In this document: piece by piece, positions 47,442 to 62,000 of the stretch | How positions within the stretch are numbered: the first letter of the stretch is position 1 | Layout of the letters: every line of letters starts with the position of its first letter | DNA from: Eledone cirrhosa | Taxonomy: Eukaryota | Direction of reading: 5' to 3' | Length of the DNA stretch: 64,000 nt | NCBI GenBank assembly: GCA_964016885.1 | Contig: OZ024742.1 | Coordinates: 376,960,001-377,024,000 of the forward strand | Program-made: the position numbers and the translations under genes | Notes under the pieces: generated by a model | Seen by the model: the letters and a program-made list of their open reading frames with translations, nothing else | Told to the model about the DNA's origin: nothing | Databases searched by the model: none

Positions 47442-47750
47442 GGAATAGAATGAAACGAAATTTCATTTCTCACTCTTAGTACGGCACTTACTTAAATGTA
47501 AGTATGTATGTATACGTACATACATATATGTATACAGACGTACAGTAGCATGTATATATATACATACAGGCACACATATATATATGCACGTATCAGTTTA
47601 CCGAACATTTATTATAATGCTCGGTTTGTTCGTTTGTAAACAAACAAACAGCCTGAATTACGCCGTACAGTGTTTAGGCAACCACGTCACCTTTTTTGTT
47701 CAACACTGACACAGGAACGATGTGTAATTCAGGCTGTTTGTTTTATAATA

Positions 47751-48280
47751 TTCTTCTTCTTCTTCTTCTTCTTCTTCTTCTTCTTCTTCTTCTTCTTCTT
47801 CTTCTTCTTCTTCTTCTTCTTCTTCTTCTTCTTCTTCTTCTTCTTCTTCTTCTTCTTCTTCTTCTTCTTGAAACAACCGTCTCCAACTGATCCGGCTGGA
47901 TCCCCAACCGAGACCAGCCAAGACATGGATGTTATCCAACCAACTTGCTCGAGTTCTACCCCTGGGTCTCCTGCCAGTTGGTTTTGCCCGTAAAATCTGT
48001 TCAGAGATTTTTCCCTGAGACATTCTAACCTATTGTCCATAGTATCGGAGCTGTGATCTATCAATTCGGAGAAGTAACAGCTCTACCTGGAGTGACTCTT
48101 TTATCTCTAAGCTACCCACTCTGTCAAGTAACGTTACTCCAAAGACACTTTAGAGGAACCTCATTTCGGCCGCTTGTATTCGCCATCGTATTCTTTCGGA
48201 TCATTACCCAAGATACATGACCATAGGTAAGTGTTGGCACAAATACCGAATTTAAGTCAGCGAGTTTAGCTTTTACGCCT
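47751..48280 (-). mobile_element. RTE-clade (Expander/Rex3-like) LINE 3' fragment with (GAA)n tail
   Basis: Minus-strand KAKL..VFVPTLTYGH..IQAAEMRFL and GRRPRGR..WLD; (TTC)n at 47751-47869. Confidence 0.85.
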
Positions 48281-48478
48281 AATAATAATTGTTTCTACTT
48301 TTGACACAAGGCCAGCAATTATCCCAGTGTATTACTGGTACTTTATGTTATCGACCCCCGTAAGGATGAAAGGCAAAGTTTACCTCGGCGGGATTTGAAC
48401 TCAGACCATAAAGGGACGTAACTCTTAGCTGCAAAACATGACGTCTGACCCTCTACCGATACTGCCAATCCACCGCCC
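48281..48478 (-). mobile_element. SINE family 1, full length
   Basis: Motifs as above; TTTACGCC(T/A)AATAATAAT on both sides. Confidence 0.92.
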
Positions 48479-48841
48479 TTTACGCCAAATAATAATAAAA
48501 ATAAGCTCTGCAATTTCTCCATAACAAAGTTATATCCACACAATTATATTCTCATTGTACACAATATGGTGTGTGATTATGTTATCACGTAGTACGTTTT
48601 CAAATTTAATTTTACAAACCATATATTACTGATATTAAATTAGCTATGAATCCAGACCATATAATATCTAATTACTTGTTAATTCAATCAATTTAGATTG
48701 AAGTAGAATTAGAAAATTTTAAGTGGTAGATCGGATAATAAATGAGAATAGTTTCTTCTAGAAGAAATGGACAAAAACTCCCACACGTATAAATATATAT
48801 ATATACAAACATACATGCATATATACACACAAGTTTATAGA

Positions 48842-48958
<117 letters not shown>

Positions 48959-49111
48959 ATTTGTATTTGTTTGTGTGTGTGCGTATGTATGCAAGTATAG
49001 TGACATATGTAAAGATATACGTATGTATGTATATATATGTATATATATATATATATGTATATGTATGTATGTATACATATATATATATATATGTATTCGT
49101 GTATACACAGA

Positions 49112-49237
<126 letters not shown>

Positions 49238-49567
49238 TTTACACACTTAGCCAGGAATACAAATTGATTGTGACTTCAAAAAAGTTTCCTCTAACTGCTC
49301 GTCATAGAGTGAAGATCAAAAGTTCAAGATAAGGGGGGTATAGGAGAAAATGATTGATAGTGTCTATGTTGGCGCCGTGAGTTGGGTGAGGTGTGGTGGG
49401 GTGAGGTGGGGAGACTTATGAATCGAAAGGAAGATTCGAGAATCTTAAAAATTTGGAAGGAAAAGAATTGAAGGGGAAAACAAACAAACAAAAACAAGAA
49501 AAGAGTTCTTTAATGAAAAATGTAATGATATAAATGTTGAAATAGAAGGCAATGATATATATATATA

Positions 49568-49700
49568 TGCTCCGAAATCATTAGACGTGTCCGTCGAACC
49601 TGCAGGTCCAGAATCAGACAGATCCACACAATGATCGGGTTTCGAGCTGTCCGCCGGCGAAACAATGTAACACACAATAAATTGAGTCCAGATGCACACA
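49568..49700 (+). repeat. dispersed repeat, also at 50135-50280 (-) and 52655-52766 (+)
   Basis: CCGAAATCATTAGACGTGTCC...CGGCGAAACA shared by three copies. Confidence 0.85.
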
Positions 49701-49765
49701 CTTCGTCCGTTCCCATGTCGATTCAATTTGGATTGCCTCGGAAACATAACCTTATTATGTAACAA

Positions 49766-49839
49766 GCTGTCTGACGATGTCGCGACACTGGCGCACGGAA
49801 TAGTGTGGCCACTGTCACCATTGAAATATATATCACAGC
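49766..49839 (+). ncRNA. type-I hammerhead, long stem II
   Basis: GCTGT-CTGACGA-(GACA/TGTC, TGGC/GCCA, GCAC/GTGT pairs)-GAAA-TATATA-TC-ACAGC. Confidence 0.78.
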
Positions 49840-49854
49840 ATTATTATTAAAGGG

Positions 49855-49978
49855 CTGAGTTCAAATCCCGCCGAGGTTAACTTTACCTTTCCTCCTTACG
49901 GGGTCGATAAAATAAAGTACCAGTAATGCACTGGGATAATTGCTGGCTTTGTGCCAAAAAGTAGAAACAATTATTATT
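49855..49978 (+). mobile_element. SINE family 1, 5'-truncated, TSD ATTATTATTAAAGG
   Basis: TSD at 49840-49853 and 49970-49983. Confidence 0.9.
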
Positions 49979-50016
49979 AAAGGACTTGAACATCTGAAAC
50001 TACTTCGCTTTTCCTT

Positions 50017-50073
<57 letters not shown>

Positions 50074-51656
50074 CCGGTTGAGCACTCTATGCTCTTACAG
50101 AGCAGAGTATGATATAATATAAAACGAAAAATCAGTGATGCATCTGAACTCAATTTATTGTGTGTTGCAATTGTTTCGCCGGCGGACAGCTCGAGACCCG
50201 ATCATTGTGTGGATCTGTCTGATTCTGGACCCGCAGGTTCGATGGACACGTCTAATGATTTCGGACCATATTCTTCCACTATGATGCGGTCAACCTGAAA
50301 TCAGAAATAATCATGACGTGCAGACACCAGAGAAGGTGCACACTCTCCGCATGGAATCCACCGGGCAGCCCAAGCTAAAAGCAGGCGGCGGAGCGCACGC
50401 CGACCAAAGCGGCGAAACGTGACAAGAGATCAGACACTTACCCGGGTGACTATATATGCCCCGTGGGGTGAGCCGAAGTAACCGAGGCTGCCCACCTGAC
50501 TCTGCACGTCACCCTAGGCATGGACATCACCTGAGCCGGGACAGGTTGACCCGGATTCCATTGATATTCGGTCAAATGCCTTACACCAATAAGACACTAT
50601 ACCTCAACCACAGTGACATACTCCAGTATGGCCGGACCACGCACCCCACTGCAGGTATATCTTTTCAATAGAGAGTGCATACCCTCCACGTATTCATTTT
50701 TGTAACACCTAATGCATTTTCCGTATGAAGACCCACATGTGTATCTCATACTTATCTTGTGTACTACCTCATATGCATACACGTTCCTTCTATTTTGTTT
50801 ATATATATTCTGTACGCATTTTCTATGTACGGGCTGAGCATACTATGTACTGTAATACCATGAACGCCTATTATGACCCTGCGAGAAGATTCCACACGTG
50901 GATTGATCCATGTTCGCAACGTAACAACACCTCTGTAGACACATACAACTGGGCGCACCCTTTCATGTATAACTCACTGTGGATCTATGTGCCGTTATAT
51001 GCATATTTTTAATAGTGTTAAGAATTTTTAATAGTTTTAATATATTTTATATTTTATTTTTTATATATATGTATATGCGTATATGAAGGTATGTATATAT
51101 ATATATGTGTATGTATATATACATACATATACGCGATGACGCCTTAGCCTTTGTCAAGGCAGAATTCTAGGAGAAGGAAAACTCTGATATAACACCTGCA
51201 ACTCTGATGGTATCCAATGATGTTGACTTGTTCTTCTTTTTGGTAAATATCATCTTGGTTAAGAGAGTGGGACTGGCTTTGTGCAGTGCCTTTGCTCACT
51301 ATAAAAGCTTCACGGCACAGGCATTGCTTTATATCTGGAGATCTCTCTGCACTTGTCGTCACATGGTACCATGGGCCCAGCACTATGTGTCAATAATTGT
51401 CACAAGTGTAGTGTTTGTACCAGAGTTTTCAAGTCGCTGGCTGGACTAAAATGTCACATTCGTTCAGCGCATCGGTAGGGGTTCTCCTACATGGATATAA
51501 AGTAGTGGCCGTACTTGAAAACGAGTTGGCAGCCACCATATGTGTATGTATGTAATTTTTATATGTGTACATGTTTATAACAAGATGCATCCTTTCATGT
51601 ACGACCTATTGTGTATCTTTATATGACTTTGTGTGTATATTCTGTTTATGTGTGTG

Positions 51657-51731
<75 letters not shown>

Positions 51732-51851
51732 TATTATTTTTTTATGCGTGCGTGGGTGTGTATGGGAATATGCGCATATTTGCAGGAGTGTATATAGGCC
51801 TGTGTGTGTGTGTGTACAAGCACCCCTGTAGGGAAGGGCTTGCTTGTGTGC

Positions 51852-52069
<218 letters not shown>

Positions 52070-52368
52070 GCGTGTTTACGAGCGAGTGTGTACCTGTGCG
52101 TGTATATATGGGTACGTGTGTATATGTGTGTGTGCGTGCGTGGACGGGGTCCACGTACATGTCTTTACGTGTTTGTGTGCACGTGTATACATACGCCTAT
52201 GCATGTGTATGAGCATGTGTGTGTGCGTGTTTATGTATATAGGCCTGTGGGCATGTGTCTATGTATGTACGTGCATCTCTGGATGAATGTATGCGTATGT
52301 TTATATGTTTATATGTTCTCCTTAATGTGTGTGTATAGCGGGAGACTATGCGTACGACTGTCGGTATC

Positions 52369-52414
<46 letters not shown>

Positions 52415-52791
52415 GTTGTGTGTTTGTGAGTGTGCGTGTGTGTGTGTGTGTATGTGGTTGTGTGTGTGTGTGAGTGCGTGCGTGGATGTGTGGACTACCA
52501 AATACAACAATAATTCATTGAAGTGTCGCAGATATGGCACAGCGGAATAATACCTGTGGTCAGAATTTATGATGACGTAGACAACCAGCGGCCAATCACT
52601 GGACACGCGAAGAGGATGAAGTTTTTGACAGTACTGGCCCACAGGGTCAGTTACCCCAGTGGAAGAATATGCACCGAAATCATTAGACGTGTCCGTCGAA
52701 CCTGCGGGTCCAGAATCAGACAGATCCACACAATGATCGTGTCTCGAGCTGTCCGTCGGCGAAACAGGGGGGTTATCTGTGGGAGAGGAAC

Positions 52792-52864
52792 GGTACGTGT
52801 CCTCTGCTGTTCGCTGTTTGTGACTAACTTAGTCACAAACAGCGAACAGCAGAGGACACGTACC
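52792..52864. repeat. perfect 36-bp-arm palindrome
   Basis: Arms 52792-52827 and 52829-52864. Confidence 0.95.
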
Positions 52865-52984
52865 ATCATCAGGAACTCACCAGGCCGGTACTTATGCCGG
52901 TTTAGTGGCGTGAAGCGACTGAGAGTACAAGACTGCCACATAGACAGGACGTCTATCGCAGGGTTAAACTTCCCACCTATTGCT

Positions 52985-53097
52985 GCTACTCATTTTCAAG
53001 TGAGTATACTGGAGCAGAGTGAAATGAAGTGTTTTGCTCAAGAACACAACACACAACCCAGTCCAGGAATCGAACCCACGACATTATGATCGTAAGT
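52985..53097 (-). mobile_element. CORE-type SINE fragment
   Basis: Reverse complement GGTTCGATTCC B-box and TTCTTGAGCAAAACACTT. Confidence 0.75.
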
Positions 53098-53119
53098 TGA
53101 TATATATATATGGACTAAT

Positions 53120-53156
<37 letters not shown>

Positions 53157-53770
53157 AGAAAAATCACAAACCCTCCATTTCAATTCTACTTTTGAAAAGC
53201 ATAAGAACTGTGAAACCGGTAAAGGAAACAAATAAATATTCTTAAAAAGTCTCCAGTTGCATTTTCGATTTCATCTTTTTTCCTTATATATATATATACA
53301 AGTAAAAATTCAGCGAGAATCGTATTTCGGCGGGTAGAAATAAGCGTGTATTGAAGGAGTATTGAAACAGTTGAGAGCTTATTTTCAACTTTTATTGTCA
53401 GATGTTTTGGTTGTGTATTCAGTATATTAAATTTTCTATTTTAAAACAACTATAAATAAGTTTCAGCTAATATTAGATAAAGAAGCGGATAAAAACATGC
53501 TAATCTGTGCTTTTTTTTTTGCTAAAAGACGTGACACAGTAACTTAAATATTAGAATTTAAAGTTTGAAAACAGAAAGATAAATTGTATTGGAAAGAAAA
53601 AGCTAAGTGATTGATGTAATTAGAAAGATGAGAAACCAGATGTCAATGTAATATATATTTTATAACATAGTCTGGGTGATACGATACAAACGATAAACAC
53701 AACGGGTAGAAATATGTATTGTTCGCGAGGTATTGTGAAAACAAACTGAATCTTGCTTTTAATAAACAAC

Positions 53771-53805
<35 letters not shown>

Positions 53806-53905
53806 CACACACACACACACGCACATACATACACACGCACACACACACACATACATACACACACGCACACACACACACATACGCGCACACACACACACAC
53901 ACATA

Positions 53906-53936
<31 letters not shown>

Positions 53937-54164
53937 TAAACAACAGAAATACTGGCTTATTCAAATGATTGAATTTGTGAGTCTTTTTACTATGACAGAC
54001 ACGATTAAGACGAGGAAGGACAAAACAGTTGTTTGTTGAGTGTCGATTATCTGAGTATCTTAAACTAAGTTATTTACGACAGACTTATGACGGAAGACGG
54101 CAACTTGGAAGAGTGGTTACAATGTCCAATAGAATGTTTTACAGTATCCTTTTCGGCTTTCTGC

Positions 54165-54245
54165 TATCTGAGTTCAAATCCCGTCGAAGTCAACTTTGAC
54201 TTTCATATTTTCGAAACCGATAAAAAGTACCAGTTAAATACTGTG
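54165..54245 (+). mobile_element. degenerate SINE family 1 relative
   Basis: CTGAGTTCAAATCCCGTCGAAGTCAACTTTGACTTTCAT. Confidence 0.7.
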
Positions 54246-55179
54246 TTGAATTCTTCCTTCTTATATCTTTCTAACTTCCTCTCTATTACTCCTTATTTTC
54301 TTCCCTGGTAGAGATCGGCTGTATTCAGATTTCAAGACGGGATGGTCTCCGCCAAGTTTAAAATACCCAGGACAAGCTGTATGTTTCGACGGCTCCACCA
54401 CGTCCCCACAAGGAGTTACAGGTCCCCAATTACACGATATACCTTCTAAAACCACCCCATTTGAATGATTCTGAGAATATGAAGGAACAGAAACGTAGCT
54501 AGAGAGTTAACAGAGACCTCTTGTGTCTTAGAGACTCGTTGTCAAATCTGTTAAGAAACGAAGTATTCTCTAATGTTCAAACATTTCAGTGTCATGACCA
54601 CCACCACCACCACCACCACCAGAACCACCACCACCACTACCACCACCAACACCACCACCATTACCACCAATACCACCACCACCACCACCACCACTAAGTA
54701 ATCTATTCTTGCAACTTAAACTATTTGCAATACGTCAGAAAAGTAAGTTTTGTTTGTTGTTAGTTTCATCAGTTCCGAACGTCATTTTCCTGCTTTTCCA
54801 AATTGTCAATAATTTTATGCTTCATTGATCAGCGAAGATTCTTCAAATTATTTCCATTGTTATTTTTCACAGAAGCTTTTCTGATACAGAAAATTTGGGT
54901 TTCGATTAACATGGTCAAATTGAATTCCCAATTCTCGTTAAGTACTCTTTATATTAGTTATAAGAATGACTCTAAGTAATAAAATGGTTTGGCTAATTTC
55001 TCAATTATTGGTCAAATCTACTTCACCTCTTTGTCCTGGTCTTTTTTGGAATAAAATAATAGAAAATAAAATAAAATAAAATAAAATGAAGTAAAATGAA
55101 GTAAAATGAAGTAAAATGAAATAAAATAAGATAAAATAAAATGTAATGTTTTCTAGTTGAGCGCCTGCAATGATTACAT

Positions 55180-55938
55180 AGCTATACCTAGCTATCATAG
55201 CTAGATATAGCTATCTAGCTATACCTAGATAGATATAACTATATCCATAGCTAGATATAGCTATATCTAGCTATACCTAGCTAGATATAGCTATGTCTAG
55301 CTATACCTAACTAGATATAGCTATATCTAGCTATACCTAGCTAGATATAGCTATGTCTAGCTATACCTAACTAGATATAGCTATATCTAGCTATACCTAG
55401 CTATACATAGCTATACATAGCTATACATAACTATATCTAGCTATACATAGCTATATCTAGCTATATTTAGCTATATCTAGCTAGGTATAGCTTATTCTAG
55501 CTATATCTAGCTATGTATAGCTAGGTATAGTTATGTATAGCTATATCTAGTTAGATATAGCTAGGTATAGCCTTATCTAGCTATACCTAGCTATACCTAG
55601 CTATACCTAGCTAGATATAGCTAGATATAGCTAGTTATAGCAAGATATAGCTATATATAGCTATACCTAGCTATACATAGCTAGATATAGCTAGATATAG
55701 CTATATCTAGCTATAGATATAGCTATATCTATAGCTAGATATAACTATACATAGCTAGATATAGCTATACATAGCTAGATATAGCTATGTCTAGCTATAC
55801 CTAGCTATACCTAGCTATATCTAGCTAGATATAGGTATACCTAGCTCGATATAGTTGAATATAGCTAGATATAGCTAGATATAGCTAGATATAGCTATAC
55901 ATAGCTAGATATAGCTAGATATAGCTATACATAGCTAT
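55180..55938. repeat. 10-bp self-complementary repeat (TAGCTAKAYM-like, AGCT core)
   Basis: Direct. Confidence 0.92.
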
Positions 55939-56077
55939 TTACCTCAGATTTTACTGAACAAGATACACTTCATTTTAACAACCCTCCACCTTAAATCATT
56001 TTATCAGGACACTGGAATTACCTGGATGTTGATTTGGAAGGATGAGCATTTCCACATCCTTTTGCCCAACTTATGTA

Positions 56078-59000
56078 ACCAATAGTAGTAATAGTAATAC
56101 CAATAGTAGTAATAGTAATACCAATAGTAGTAATAGTAATACCAATAGTAGTAATAGTAATACCAATAGTAGTAATAGTAATACCAATAGTAGTAATAGT
56201 AAAACCAATAGTAGTAATAGTAATACCAATAGTAGTAATAGTAATACCAATAGTAGTAATAGTAAAACCAATAGTAGTTATAGTAATACCAATAGTAGTA
56301 ATAGTAATACCAATAGTATTAATAGTAATACCAATAGTAGTAATAGTAATACCAATAGTAGTAATAGTAATATCAATAGTAGTAATAGTAATACCAATAG
56401 TAGTAATAGTAATACCAATAGTAGTAATAGTAATACCAATAGTAGTTATAGTAATACCAATAGTAGTAATAGTAATACCAATAGTAGTAATAGTAATACC
56501 AATAGCAGTAATAGTAATACCAATAGTAGTAATAGTAATACCAATAGTAGTAATAGTAATACCAATAGTAGTAATAGTAATACCAATAGTAGTAATAGTA
56601 ATACCAATAGTAGTAATAATAATACCAATAGTAGTAATAGTAATACCAATAGTAGTAATAGTAATACCAATAGTAGTAATAGTAAAACCAATAGTAGTTA
56701 TAGTAATACCAATAGTAGTAATAGTAATACCAATAGTATTAATAGTAATACCAATAGTAGTAATAGTAATACCAATAGTAGTAATAGTAATACCAATAGT
56801 AGTAATAGTAATACCAATAGTAGTAATAGTAATACCAATAGTAGTAATAGTAATACCAATAGTAGTTATAGTAATACCAATAGTAGTAATAGTAATACCA
56901 ATAGTAGTAATAGTAATACCAATAGCAGTAATAGTAATACCAATAGTAGTAATAGTAATACCAATAGCAGTAATAGTAATACCAATAGTAGTAATAGTAA
57001 TACCAATAGTAGTAATAGTAATACCAATAGTAGTTATAGTAATACCAATAGTAGTAATAGTAATACCAATAGTAGTTATAGTAATACCAATAGTAGTAAT
57101 AGTAATACCAATAGTAGTAATAGTAATACCAATAGCAGTAATAGTAATACCAATAGTAGTAATAGTAATACCAATAGCAGTAATAGTAATACCAATAGTA
57201 GTAATAGTAATACCAATAGTAGTAATAGTAATACCAATAGTAGTAATAGTAATACCAATAGTAGTAATAGTAATACCAATAGTAGTAATAGTAATACCAA
57301 TAGTAGTAATAGTAAAACCAATAGTAGTTATAGTAATACCAATAGTAGTAATAGTAATACCAATAGTATTAATAGTAATACCAATAGTAGTAATAGTAAT
57401 ACCAATAGTAGTAATAGTAATACCAATAGTAGTAATAGTAATACCAATAGTAGTAATAGTAATACCAATAGTAGTAATAGTAATACCAATAGTAGTTATA
57501 GTAATACCAATAGTAGTAATAGTAATACCAATAGTAGTAATAGTAATACCAATAGTAGTAATAGTAATACCAATAGCAGTAATAGTAATACCAATAGCAG
57601 TAATAGTAATACCAATAGTAGTAATAGTAATACCAATAGTAGTAATAGTAATACCAATAGTAGTAATAGTAATACCAATAGTAGTAATAGTAATACCAAT
57701 AGTAGTAATAGTAATACCAATAGTAGTAATAGTAAAACCAATAGTAGTTATAGTAATACCAATAGTAGTAATAGTAATACCAATAGTATTAATAGTAATA
57801 CCAATAGTAGTAATAGTAATACCAATAGTAGTAATAGTAATACCAATAGTAGTAATAGTAATACCAATAGTAGTAATAGTAATACCAATAGTAGTAATAG
57901 TAATACCAATAGTAGTTATAGTAATACCAATAGTAGTAATAGTAATACCAATAGTAGTAATAGTAATACCAATAGCAGTAATAGTAATACCAATAGTAGT
58001 AATAGTAATACCAATAGCAGTAATAGTAATACCAATAGTAGTAATAGTAATACCAATAGTAGTAATAGTAATACCAATAGTAGTAATAGTAATACCAATA
58101 GTAGTAATAGTAATACCAATAGTAGTTATAGTAATACCAATAGTAGTAATAGTAATACCAATAGCAGTAATAGTAATACCAATAGTAGTAATAGTAATAC
58201 CAATAGTAGTAATAGTAATACCAATAGTAGTAATAGTAATACCAATAGTAGTTATAGTAATACCAATAGTAGTAATAGTAATACCAATAGTAGTAATAGT
58301 AATACCAATAGTAGTAATAGTAATACCAATAGTAGTAATAGTAATACCAATAGTAGTAATAGTAATACCAATAGTAGTAATAGTAATACCAATAGCAGTA
58401 ATAGTAATACCAATAGCAGTAATAGTAATACCAATAGTAGTAATAGTAATACCAATAGTAGTAATAGTAATACTAATAGTAGTAATAGTAATACCAATAG
58501 TAGTAATAGTAATACCAATAGTAGTAATAGTAATACCAATAGTAGTAATAGTAATACCAATAGTAGTAATAGTAAAACCAATAGTAGTTATAGTAATACC
58601 AATAGTAGTAATAGTAATACCAATAGTATTAATAGTAATACCAATAGTAGTAATAGTAATACCAATAGTAGTAATAGTAATACCAATAGTAGTAATAGTA
58701 ATACCAATAGTAGTAATAGTAATACCAATAGTAGTAATAGTAATACCAATAGTAGTTATAGTAATACCAATAGTAGTAATAGTAATACCAATAGTAGTAA
58801 TAGTAATACCAATAGCAGTAATAGTAATACCAATAGTAGTAATAGTAATGCCAATAGCAGTAATAGTAATACCAATAGTAGTAATAGTAATACCAATAGT
58901 AGTAATAGTAATACCAATAGTAGTTATAGTAATACCAATAGTAGTAATAGTAATACCAATAGTAGTTATAGTAATACCAATAGTAGTAATAGTAATACCA

Positions 59001-62000
59001 ATAGTAGTAATAGTAATACCAATAGCAGTAATAGTAATACCAATAGTAGTAATAGTAATACCAATAGCAGTAATAGTAATACCAATAGTAGTAATAGTAA
59101 TACCAATAGTAGTAATAGTAATACCAATAGTAGTAATAGTAATACCAATAGTAGTAATAGTATAACCAATAGTAGTAATAGTAATACCAATAGTAGTAAT
59201 AGTAATACCAATAGTAGTAATAGTAAAACCAATAGTAGTTATAGTAATACCAATAGTAGTAATAGTAATACCAATAGTATTAATAGTAATACCAATAGTA
59301 GTAATAGTAATACCAATAGTAGTAATAGTAATACCAATAGTAGTAATAGTAATACCAATAGTAGTAATAGTAATACCAATAGTAGTAATAGTAATACCAA
59401 TAGTAGTAATAGTAATACCAATAGTAGTTATAGTAATACCAATAGTAGTAATAGTAATACCAATAGTAGTAATAGTAATACCAATAGTAGTAATAGTAAT
59501 ACCAATAGTAGTAATAGTAATACCAATAGTAGTAATAGTAATACCAATAGTAGTAATAGTAATACCAATAGCAGTAATAGTAATACCAATAGTAGTAATA
59601 GTAATACCAATAGCAGTTATAGTAATACCAATAGTAGTAATAGTAATACCAATAGTAGTAATAGTAATACCAATAGTAGTAATAGTAATACCAATAGTAG
59701 TAATAGTAATACCAATAGCAGTAATATTAATACCAATAGTAGTAATAGTAATACCAATAGCAGTTATAGTAATACCAATAGTAGTAATAGTAATACCAAT
59801 AGCAGTAATAGTAATACCAATAGCAGTAATAGTAATACCAATAGTATTAATAGTAATACCAATAGCAGTAATAGTAATACCAATAGTAGTAATAGTAATA
59901 CCAATAGCAGTAATAGTAATACCAATAGTATTAATAGTAATACCAATAGCAGTAATAGTAATACCAATAGTAGTAATAGTAATACCAATAGCAGTAATAG
60001 TAATACCAATAGTAGTTATAGTAATACCAATAGTAGTTATAGTAATACCAATAGAAGTAATAGTAATACCAATAGTATTAATAGTAATACCAATAGTAGT
60101 AATAGTAATACCAATAGCAGTAATAGTAATACCAATAGTAGTAATAGTAATACCAATAGCAGTAATAGTAATACCAATAGAAGTAATAGTAATACCAATA
60201 GTAGTTATAGTAATACCAATAGTAGTTATAGTAATACCAATAGAAGTAATAGTAATACCAATAGTAGTTATAGTAATACCAATAGCAGTAATAGTAATAC
60301 CAATAGTAGTAATAGTAATACCAATAGTAGTAATAGTAATACCAATAGTAGTAATAGTAATACCAATAGTAGTAATAGTAATACTAATAGTAGTAATAGT
60401 AATATCAATAGTAGTAATAGTAATACCAATAGTAGTAATAGTAATACCAATAGCAGTTATAGTAATACCAATAGTAGTAATAGTAATACCAATAGCAGTA
60501 ATAGTAATACCAATAGTAGTAATAGTAATACCAATAGCAGTAATAGTAATACCAATAGTAGTTATAGTAATACCAATAGTAGTTATAGTAATACCAATAG
60601 AAGTAATAGTAATACCAATAGTAGTAATAGTAATACCAATAGCAGTTATAGTAATACCAATAGTAGTAATAGTAATACCAATAGCAGTAATAGTAATACC
60701 AATAGTAGTAATAGTAATACCAATAGCAGTAATAGTAATACCAATAGTAGTTATAGTAATACCAATAGTAGTTATAGTAATACCAATAGAAGTAATAGTA
60801 ATACCAATAGTAGTTATAGTAATACCAATAGCAGAAATAGTAATACCAATAGTAGTAATAGTAATACCAATAGCAGTAATAGTAATACCAATAGTAGTTA
60901 TAGTAATACCAATAGTAGTTATAGTAATACCAATAGAAGTAATAGTAATACCAATAGTAGTTATAGTAATACCAATAGCAGTAATAGTAATACCAATAGT
61001 AGTTATAGTAATACCAACAGCAGTAATAGTAATACCAATAGTAGGTATAGTAATACCAATAGTAGTAATAGTAATACCAATAGCAGTAATAGTAATACCA
61101 ATAGTAGTTATAGTAATACCAATAGTAGTTATAGTAATACCAATAGTAGTAATAGTAATACCAATAGTAGTTATACTAATACCAATAGTAGTAATAGTAA
61201 TACCAATAGTAGTTATAGTATTACCAATAGTAGTAATAGTAATACCAATAGTAGTAATAGTAATACCAATAGTAGTAATAGTAATACCAATAGTAGTAAT
61301 AGTAATACCAATAGTAGTAATAGTAATACCAATAGCAGTAATAGTAATACCAATAGTAGTAATAGTAGTACCAATAGCAGTAATAGTAATACCAATAGTA
61401 GTAATAGTAATACCAATAGTAGTTATAGTAATACCAATAGCAGTAATAGTAATACCAACAGCAGTAATAGTAATACCAATAGTAGTTATAGTAATACCAA
61501 TAGTAGTTATAGTAATACCAATAGTAGTTATAGTAATACCAATAGTAGTAATAGTAATACCAATAGTAGTTATAGTAATACCAATAGTAGTTATACTAAT
61601 ACCAATAGTAGTAATAATAATACCAATAGTAGTAATAGTAATACCAATAGTAGTTATCGTAATACCAATAGTAGTAATAGTAATACCAATAGTAGTAATA
61701 GTAATACCAATAGTAGTAATAGTAATACCAATAGTAGTTATAGTAATACCGATAGTAGTTATAGTAATACCAATAGCAGTAATAGTAATACCAATAGTAG
61801 TAATAGTAATACCAATAGTAGTTATAGTAATACCAATAGTAGTAATAGTAATACCAATAGTAGTTATAGTAATACCAATCATAGTAATAGTAATACCAAT
61901 AGCAGTAATAGTAATACCAATAGTAGTTATAGTAATACCAATAGTAGTTATAGTAATACCAATAGTAGTTATAGTAATAGCAATAGTAGTTATAGTAATA

